Source: Candidatus Velthaea sp. (GTDB lineage: Bacteria; Vulcanimicrobiota; Vulcanimicrobiia; Vulcanimicrobiales; Vulcanimicrobiaceae). Taken from it: DNA of 64,000 nt. The notes below the pieces were generated by a model. It was not told the DNA's origin. It worked only from the letters and a program-made list of their open reading frames with translations, and did not search any database. Numbering within the stretch: the first letter of the stretch is position 1; each line of letters begins with the position of its first letter. The position numbers were made by a program, and so were the translations under genes. The DNA lies in contig CBDCCS010000022.1 in the NCBI GenBank assembly GCA_965214935.1, positions 640,001 through 704,000 on the forward strand, read 5' to 3'. Of the stretch, positions 54,943 through 64,000 are shown in pieces.

Positions 54943-55319
54943 AAACCGTGTGCTTTCTGAAGCCGGCTACAACATAGCGTTAGCCAGCGATGTAGATATT
55001 AATGCTACTTGCCCGTTCCGCCTCATACTTCTGGAGTTCGAGCATACCGATCCACCCGAGCACCAGAACAAGACCGTAGCGCAACGCGGCCGCGTCGGCG
55101 CTATCTCCAAACGTCGCGCTATCGTCTGCGCGTTAAGTGGCATGATCTTACCATCAAGCTACTCAGCAAGACGTAAGGCAACTTACGGTATTCGCCACTT
55201 CGTGAAGCGAGCAGTACGATATCAGGTCAGAAATGCGAAACGCCCCGAACAACACGCTCGTAAGCGGCAGAAGTCGACCATGTAAAAAATCTTCACTGCT
55301 CGACCATTGTCCGAAAGTC

Positions 55320-56018
55320 CTAGTGTAACGTAAGACTATTGACTGAGTCAGCGATGATGAGTCGCTTGCCATCAGCGACCAAAACACCGCTGCGCTTGAG
55401 AGAAGCCATCAAGCTTGAGACGGTCTCGCGCGTCGAACCGATGAATGAGGCGATGTCCGTGTGAGTTAAGTGTACACCTACGCTTCGACCGCTTGCCACC
55501 TTCGTTCCATGTGCTTGCGCAAGGCGTTCAAAGAAGCTCAACAGGCGTTGCGATACGGGGGAACACGCGACGTCCTCGAGCGCCTCGAAAAGTCGACCGA
55601 CGCGGTTGTGAAGCAGCGTCGCAACGTTCATGCCGAAAGCTGCTTCTTCGCCTACTGTGCAACGAATATCGGCAGTAGAGAAGCACCAGACGGAAACCGG
55701 GCCGACAGCAATCGCATCGAAAGCTTCTCGCGAAACGAATAGGGTACTTTCACCGAGTACGTCGCCTGCTCCACACAAGTCGAGTCCGACAGGTTGCCCA
55801 CATGCCGCGGGACGGCTAACGCGAACGTGCCCTCCAGTGATTACAAAAAAATTGGCCGCCTCGTCACCCGCGCGAAAGATCTCGGCACGATGACGATAGC
55901 TCTGCAATTCCATCCTCAATGCAAGGGCTTCAATAGCAGAGAACGAGACTCCACGAAACAGCGCAGGACAGCGCCTCGCCAGCGCGGATGCCGATCGAAA
56001 CTCGATGTCTGCTGGCAT
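55320..56018 (-). CDS. Crp/Fnr family transcriptional regulator
   Basis: cNMP-binding domain (IF..GD, G.V+GE) and HTH LTH.DIAS.IGSTRETVS. ATG at 56018 lies one base after the upstream stop. Confidence 0.88.
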   Translation of the reverse strand: MPADIEFRSASALARRCPALFRGVSFSAIEALALRMELQSYRHRAEIFRAGDEAANFFVITGGHVRVSRPAACGQPVGLDLCGAGDVLGESTLFVSREAFDAIAVGPVSVWCFSTADIRCTVGEEAAFGMNVATLLHNRVGRLFEALEDVACSPVSQRLLSFFERLAQAHGTKVASGRSVGVHLTHTDIASFIGSTRETVSSLMASLKRSGVLVADGKRLIIADSVNSLTLH

Positions 56019-56019
56019 G

Positions 56020-57489
56020 TTAATGGAACGCTGCTCGGATAGATGTGGCAACTTCCTTGACTTCGGATTCGGACAGCGTGCCGGGATATATTTTTTGATC
56101 GCGCCGGCGGGCGCTTCGATAAATTCGATCGTCTGCGCCAACGTCTTCGTTGTCGCAATCTGATGAAGATTCGGACCGACACCGCTCGTACCGTCCGTGT
56201 TGTGGCAAATGGCGCAGTTAGCCGTATCAACCTGTTTGTCGGCGCTCAAAGCGACCGATGCAGTCGGTCCTTTCTGTGTCGGCGGCGCGGCTGGACTTGT
56301 CATGGGCGATGCCGCGGCGCTGGGTCCAGCGCGAAAGAACGGTCCAGCCGATTTGACAGACGCGCGCCAGGTGGGTTGTCCGTATGGTGCGTTGGATGCG
56401 GCGCCAAAACCGAATTCGAATAAAGCATATTCGACGGGACGGAGACCGACCATAACCTCTTCGCCGAGGAACACTTCATCGAAGACAACGGCAAATGCCC
56501 GGCGCGCCGCAGTTGTTGCAGCGTCGGCCGGCGCTCCCGGGCCGACGTTCTTGTCGTGCGTTTGCTGATAGAAGACGAATACGCCAGGAAAGCTTTTCAC
56601 CGGATCGCGTTGCGCATATAAGCCGGCAACATTGTAGCTGTCCGCCGGGTGAATGTAACCGGTCGCCAAGATGTAGCTTTCAACGGCTCCGTAGACGCCT
56701 GCCTCGAGCGGGCTGTCCGGTCGAGCGTAAGCGGCTTTATATTGAAAAGCTCGATCGCTACGCGACGCGTTTGGGGCATAGGGGTTAGACTTTGCGAAAA
56801 CCGTTGAGTTGTAAAGTGACGGACTATTGCCGAGGTAGGCAACTTGAATCTTGTATGGCTGTGCTGTAAAATTCTGCGGCACGTAGCTGAAGCCGACGCC
56901 CAGCGCAGGCCGTCGAGCAGATAGCCGTGTTGGCCGGCGCTAATTTCCGGGCTAGCGAAAACCCTGGCGTCTTGCCAGAAACTGAACGCCGGCGGTGCCG
57001 CCGCATGAAATTTCCCTACGAACAGATGACCGTCGCCATCTAACAGCTGGTTGTAGGCAGACCAAAAATGACCGGTATTACCGCCGCCATCATTGTTTTC
57101 GCACAGGCCCTGTTCGATGCGGTACGAGACGTATTTATTGAGCATGCCGACGAGGTTGACGGAGATGTTTGCTTCCGAGTACGTTTGCAACGGGTGTTTC
57201 GCACTCAACTTCCCGTACTCTGATAGTTAGCCGATTCTCGGACGACGAGCGGAACGGCTCGACGCAAGACTTTCGCGTCTAACGCACTGAACGCGGTAGA
57301 TTGAACGTACCGTCCATAGGCGTTAAGCGCGGGGACCATTGTATGACAAACGCTGCAATCAACCTGACATGCCTGCGCGAACGTCGGTAAAGCGGGTGAC
57401 GGCAGCGGACGTTGTAGGAGCAATAAAATGCCGCTAACGACTACAATGAGGCCGACGGCTTCGATCATCGGCGGCGGCTTCATGCTCAA
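56020..57489 (-). pseudogene. Cyc2-like cytochrome c-porin with an extra C-terminal cytochrome c; three frameshifts
   Basis: ALPTFAQ....CSVCHT..P.LN.YGR N-terminal heme motif, beta-strand-rich middle, second CAICH domain. Frames join at ~57210, ~56900 and ~56093. Confidence 0.7.
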
Positions 57490-57764
57490 GGCGAACCGCT
57501 TCTATTCGCTCTCGGCGCGATTGCGATGCAATAGCCGTTCGGGCTGATCTTCCCTTTTACAATCGGGCATGCTGCCGGAGAAACGAACAACGTGCAGGCG
57601 ATGCACCTTTGGCCCTCTGGTCCGGGCATTGAAATATAGTTATAGTTGACCTTCGTTCCGCCCGAGTCGTCGGACGCCGAAGCGGCGGCCGCCCCGACTG
57701 CAATCGTGACCGGTACGCTAACCAGTAATGACATAAGCTTACCGCGAGAGATACGGTCGTCCAT
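57486..57764 (-). CDS. High-potential iron-sulfur protein (Iro/PioC-size HiPIP)
   Basis: GGAGG RBS, Tat-like leader ISRGKLM, Y...P..G.RCIAC.LF.....C..V.G.ISPNGYC (four Cys). Confidence 0.85.
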   Translation of the reverse strand: MDDRISRGKLMSLLVSVPVTIAVGAAAASASDDSGGTKVNYNYISMPGPEGQRCIACTLFVSPAACPIVKGKISPNGYCIAIAPRANRSGSP

Positions 57765-58339
57765 ATGGCGCCTCCCATTTGTCTTCGCGACCTAATCCTA
57801 CTCTGAACCGCCCTCGAGTAATATCGTTGAAAACCCCGATGGACTAGTGTCGTAAGGCATGAGAGACTTGACACTTCGAGTAAATCTGCTTCGCAACGAT
57901 ACCGACAGCGACTGGCTCAAATCAAACAGCGTCGACAGTTGACCAGCCTGACGGTCATAAGGTGCCCGGCGGTCCACGCAGTTTTCGTCAGGCCCATGTA
58001 CGCGCATTGGTACCAACACGGTGATACGAAGCGCCGTTTACGAAAAACGCGAACGCGTCAAAAATCGAGTTCTTCAACTTAGGTGACTAGCAAATATGGT
58101 GCATGCTTGAGTATTCCGGGCCGCTCCACATGCGGTGTCGTTGTGCGCAACTAGCATCGATGGCTTCGGGAAGGGCCTGGCGCAATAGATGCGTCGCGAT
58201 CAATGAGCAGTCACTGTATTTACGTCGCGACACTTTCACTGTTCCAAAATGAATTCAATAAGTTATCCGCAATGCAACGAGTTCACCGAAAACCGTGATT
58301 ATCGACGCTGCCTTTACCGCCCGAGCATTTAACCACGGC

Positions 58340-58620
58340 AATTTTACGGTAATAGCGCTCGACGATTGCAAGAGCGAGAGTCAGATCGAGCTTCCTTGAC
58401 CAGTCTCTGCGCTGTTCGATCGTCCTCGCTCCAGAATCGGTCAAATGCTTGCTCCCGTGCGTTCAGCGTGAAGCCGGGTCCGTCATCCGCAATGTCGCAA
58501 CGTCCACGCCGCATTAAGCGTAAGAACAATTGACCATTTACTCGCAGCGTACTTGACGGCATTTTGAACGACCGTCAGAATTGCTTGTTCGATCTTGCCC
58601 GTATTGTGGATGATGATTAC
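58340..58620 (-). pseudogene. Sensor histidine kinase HATPase remnant
   Basis: N box VQNAVKYA, G1 box IADDGPG and F box AFDRFW in different frames. Confidence 0.7.
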
Positions 58621-58821
58621 GTCGAATGCTAGGAACGCATCCTGATTTTGCGTGCGCGGGACAGGATTCGCACTCGCTCGCACCATCTGATGCTGCGACG
58701 TCCGCAAAGTCGCAGGCGTATCACGATTTGAGTTGAGAAGCGCATGAGTCAAGCGGCTTGAGCGTTAACCGAATAGGGTCTACCGAACACGGCCAGATTC
58801 TGCTGTGCCGTTACCAATGCT

Positions 58822-59030
58822 TCAATTCAGAGCAAGGGTTTGCGATTCACTGAGATATTCGACGAGACCGAGACCGATTATGACGTTGCCCCCGAGCAAC
58901 ATTTTACGCATCCAACGCCAAACGCTTGGCTTGTTGAACTTCGCTGCACCCTTGGACCGCCGCAGCGGGCCGACGTTCGTGTCGCGCGTTTGCTGATACA
59001 AGACGAGTACGGGTTTCGTATCTATCGAGG
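58822..59030 (-). pseudogene. Internal fragment of a second Cyc2-like gene copy
   Basis: YQQTRDTNVGP...LGGNVIIGLGLVEY matches YQQTHDKNVGP...LGEEVMVGLRPVEY at ~56430-56570. Confidence 0.7.
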
Positions 59031-59076
59031 ACAGGAATTCGTCGCTCATTATTCGTGCCGGGCTGCGATTGCAGTG

Positions 59077-59110
59077 AATCCGGTCGGACGCTAAGCTCGC
59101 CCGACCGGCG
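59077..59110 (+). repeat. Right copy of the 34-bp direct repeat
   Basis: Identical to 47180-47213. Confidence 0.9.
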
Positions 59111-59247
59111 CGCGCGTCGCGCGCACAGCAAAGCGGCCATCTCTTATCCACCTGTCCCAAAGACGCGCTACCTCCGCAAATAAATACGTGTGCTTTCCCG
59201 CGCACGCGCCCGTATGGGTTGCCGCACTCATTTTCGTAGGAGGAAGC

Positions 59248-60762
59248 ATGGCGAAGCCGCTCGAGCAGGCAACAAAGGCTCGCATACCAAGCATTCGATT
59301 CTCCGATGATGAGCACGACCCTACGAGCTACAGTCCGCGACTCGCGAACGCGGACCTCATCCCGCTGAAAAATCAAACCTGGACATCCTATAATATTTTT
59401 GCGTTTTGGATGTCCGACGTCCACAGCGTCGGCGGCTACGTGTTTGCGGGAAGCTTATTTGCACTTGGGCTTTCGAGTTGGCAAGTACTCGTCGCACTAC
59501 TCATCGGCATTAGCGTCGTAAATTTGTTTTGCAATCTCATTGCGAAGCCGAGTCAAGTCAACGGCGTGCCCTATCCCGTCATGTGCCGGGCGACATTCGG
59601 TGTGTTGGGCGCGAATGTCCCGGCCATGATTCGCGGTTTGATCGCCGTCGCGTGGTACGGCATCCAAACGTACCTTGCCTCGACGGCGTTCGTCGTCATT
59701 GCAATCAAGTTTTTTCCGCAATATGTTGCGTACGCCGATGTCACTCAACACGGCTTCGCCGGTTTGTCGGCATTGGGCTGGTTCGGTTTCATGGCGCTGT
59801 GGGTGCTGCAGGCGCTCGTGTTCTGGAACGGCATGGATGCGATCAAGAAGTTCATCGACTTCGCCGGCCCGGCCGTATACGCGGTGATGTTCGCCTTGAC
59901 CGCATGGCTGGTGGTTAAAGCCGGTCCGCAACATATCAATTTGAATCTCAGCGATGTGAAGTACCACGGCTGGGACGTCGTACCGGTGATGATCACCGCC
60001 ATCGCGCTCGTCGTTTCGTACTTCTCCGGGCCGATGCTCAACTTCGGCGACTTCTCGCGCTACGGCAAAAGCTTCGCTGCAGTTAAAAACGGTAATTTCT
60101 GGGGCTTGCCGGTGAACTTCTTGGCGTTCTCGCTGGTAACGGTCATTACGACGGCTGCGACGCAACCGGTTTTCGGCAAACTCATCACCGATCCGGTTGA
60201 AATGGTAAGCCGAATCGACAACGCAACCGCGGTCGTTTTGGGCGCATTGACCTTCGTCGTCGCAACGATCGGTATCAATATCGTCGCCAACTTTGTTTCA
60301 CCGGCGTTCGACTTTTCCAACGTCGCGCCAAGCATCATCAGTTGGCGAGCCGGCGGTATGATTGCGGCGGTTGCCTCGATCTTCATAACGCCGTGGAATC
60401 TCTTCAACAATCCCGCGGTGATCCATTACACGCTCGATATTTTAGGCAGCTTCATCGGCCCGCTCTACGGCGTTTTGCTCGTCGACTATTACTTGATCAA
60501 ACGTCAGAACACGACGGTCGACGACATGTTCACGATGTCACCGGCCGGCCGTTACTGGTATGACGGCGGCGTCAATCGCAGCGCGGTCATTGCGCTCGTG
60601 CCGGCGGCGCTCCTGGCCATTGCCTGCGTGCTCGTGCCGGCGCTGCGTCCACTGGCAAACTTTTCCTGGTTCATCGGCGTAGCCGTCGCCGCTTTGGTGT
60701 ACCGCGCGATCGCGCGTCCGCTGCCGGTTGCGTCCGCGGCGGCCGTCGTCGCGCCTTCGTGA
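59248..60762 (+). CDS. NCS1 nucleobase:cation symporter (allantoin/hydantoin permease-like)
   Basis: AGGAGG RBS, N.DL.P, FWMSDVHS, R..FG..GA, WYGIQ, NFGDFSR, NIVANF, PWNL. Confidence 0.92.
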   Translation: MAKPLEQATKARIPSIRFSDDEHDPTSYSPRLANADLIPLKNQTWTSYNIFAFWMSDVHSVGGYVFAGSLFALGLSSWQVLVALLIGISVVNLFCNLIAKPSQVNGVPYPVMCRATFGVLGANVPAMIRGLIAVAWYGIQTYLASTAFVVIAIKFFPQYVAYADVTQHGFAGLSALGWFGFMALWVLQALVFWNGMDAIKKFIDFAGPAVYAVMFALTAWLVVKAGPQHINLNLSDVKYHGWDVVPVMITAIALVVSYFSGPMLNFGDFSRYGKSFAAVKNGNFWGLPVNFLAFSLVTVITTAATQPVFGKLITDPVEMVSRIDNATAVVLGALTFVVATIGINIVANFVSPAFDFSNVAPSIISWRAGGMIAAVASIFITPWNLFNNPAVIHYTLDILGSFIGPLYGVLLVDYYLIKRQNTTVDDMFTMSPAGRYWYDGGVNRSAVIALVPAALLAIACVLVPALRPLANFSWFIGVAVAALVYRAIARPLPVASAAAVVAPS

Positions 60763-61511
60763 AAATACAAGTCGTCAACCCGAATACGACCGCGTCGATG
60801 ACGGCCATGATCGGCGAATGCGCGCGCCGGGTGGCAGCACCGGGTACCGAGATCGTCGCAACGAGCCCGAGCATGGGGCCGCCGTCGATCGAGGGCTGGT
60901 ACGACGAGGCGTTTGCGGTTCCCGGTCTACTGGCGGAGATCGAAGCCGGCGAGCGAGCCGGCTGCGATGCTTATGTGATCGCTTGTTTCGGCGATCCTGG
61001 GCTCTACGCTGCGCGCGAACTTGCGCGCGGTCCCGTCATCGGTATCGCCGAAGCAGCGATGCACGCAGCAAGTATGATCGCACCGAGTTTCGCGGTGGTG
61101 ACGACGCTGGGCCGCACGCGCGGCATGGCTTGGCAATTAGCGGAGCGTTACGGCATGCAGCGATTCTGCCGCAGCGTGCGCGCAACCGAAATTTCCGTTC
61201 TGGACCTTGCTGCGCCGGGTTCGCGGGCCCGGCGCCTGATCGTCGAAGAATGTCGCCTTGCATTGCAGATCGATCGGGCGGAGTCGATCGTGCTGGGCTG
61301 CGCGGGAATGGCGGACCTGTGCGCGGAGATCGCCGACTCGATCGGTGCTCCGGTCATCGACGGCGTTGCGGCCGCGGTGAAGTTTGCCGAGGCGCTCGTA
61401 GCGCTCGCGCTTTCGACCGCGAAGGGCGGCGAGTATGCGTCGCCGATCGCCAAGAGTTACAGCGGTTTGCTCGCGCCGTTCAGTCCGAGCGTCGTTGCCG
61501 CAAGCGTCTGA
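60759..61511 (+). CDS. Hydantoin/allantoin racemase (Asp/Glu racemase family)
   Basis: NPNTT.SMT, GP.SIEG, IACFGDPG, LGCAGM (two catalytic Cys). Confidence 0.92.
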   Translation: MKIQVVNPNTTASMTAMIGECARRVAAPGTEIVATSPSMGPPSIEGWYDEAFAVPGLLAEIEAGERAGCDAYVIACFGDPGLYAARELARGPVIGIAEAAMHAASMIAPSFAVVTTLGRTRGMAWQLAERYGMQRFCRSVRATEISVLDLAAPGSRARRLIVEECRLALQIDRAESIVLGCAGMADLCAEIADSIGAPVIDGVAAAVKFAEALVALALSTAKGGEYASPIAKSYSGLLAPFSPSVVAASV

Positions 61512-61534
61512 CGTTGCAAGAGAACCGGCGCCCG

Positions 61535-63572
<2,038 letters not shown>

Positions 63573-63576
<4 letters not shown>

Positions 63577-64000
63577 GCGAACGTCTCCTTGGGCATTTGT
63601 AAATTAAGGGCCGCGATCGTGGCGTTGAAGCGTGCCTTGCTGTTGTCGAGTGAATCCTCGAACTTCACCGGTTTGACCAGCGGCTGCGACCAGATCGGCT
63701 GCAGATCGCGAGCGGCTTTCAAACTCATCGGCACGTACTTCTGGATCCAGCCTTGCATCACGGCCCGATTCGCATCGGCGTGCGCTTTGTCGTTGACGAG
63801 CAGCGAGAACAGTTCGCTCGAATAGCGCAAGTCGCGTTCGTAATCGTTCTCGCCCGCACCGACGATGCTCGGCGTCACGTAGTCGCCGTTCGGCGCCGCA
63901 ACTTGCAGCACGAAATTACTGCGAAACAATTCGCCGACGAGCGGCTCGAAGACGATGTTCGCCGCAAAAATAGCCTCGGCCCAATCTTTTATTGCCGTGA
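63573..64000 (-). CDS. prmC: Propane-type monooxygenase hydroxylase small (beta) subunit, 3' part only
   Basis: DWAEAIFAANIVFEPLVGELFRS...NGDYVTP...GAGE.DY.RDLRY...LQPIWSQP; overlaps prmD by 4 bp. Confidence 0.85.

Larger units (their letters stand above)
47214..59076. mobile_element. Putative decayed genomic island (~11.9 kb)
   Basis: Flanked by the 34-bp direct repeats, visibly more AT-rich, low coding density, contains an IS remnant and pseudogenes. No integrase seen. Confidence 0.6.

Noticed and set aside
54950..55285. 111-aa ORF between the SDR and Crp genes
   Set aside because: No recognisable motifs or RBS, and opposite in orientation to both neighbours.
55320..56882. 520-aa ORF suggesting a porin-cytochrome c-Crp fusion
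   Set aside because: Artefact of a frameshift in the A-run at ~56093. The cytochrome ends naturally at 56020 in another frame and Crp has its own ATG at 56018.
58840..59094. 84-aa + strand ORF ending NPVGR like the Gly-rich protein
   Set aside because: Shadow of the minus-strand Cyc2-like fragment; the shared ending comes only from the 34-bp repeat.
47180..59110. Palindromic 34-bp repeats as a CRISPR array
   Set aside because: Only two copies ~11.9 kb apart, with no spacers and no cas genes.

Overview
A GC-rich bacterial chromosome segment. The gene style resembles soil Eremiobacterota/Vulcanimicrobiota or related Terrabacteria, but this is an impression only. The backbone carries hydrolases, ABC transporters, a beta-carbonic anhydrase, spore photoproduct lyase, a cytochrome c-PQQ dehydrogenase fusion, general-stress genes, a heme oxygenase plus bacteriophytochrome-GGDEF-EAL, a sugar ABC/epimerase cluster, oxyR-katG, and an NCS1 permease with a hydantoin/allantoin racemase. 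The window ends in the 3' part of a propane-type soluble di-iron monooxygenase operon (prmC, prmD, dedicated groEL). Main observations: (1) a translationally coupled TIR-STAND ATPase-TPR gene plus a SLOG-like/4-TM (SLATT-like) gene at 13962-18484, a candidate NLR-triggered Thoeris-like signalling/defence system; (2) a ~11.9 kb, visibly more AT-rich island bounded by a perfect 34-bp direct repeat (47180-47213 and 59077-59110), carrying a HiPIP + Cyc2-like cytochrome-porin + Crp/Fnr cassette, two paralogous secreted proteins, a Met-rich protein and several gene remnants; (3) a ~155-nt rod-shaped, 6S-like structured RNA candidate at 35883-36037; (4) an intact GH5-like protein lacking both catalytic glutamates; (5) a decayed duplicate of the epimerase gene. 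Several frameshifts are single-base losses in short homopolymers and may be assembly errors. All calls come from motif recognition by eye; no database searches were run.
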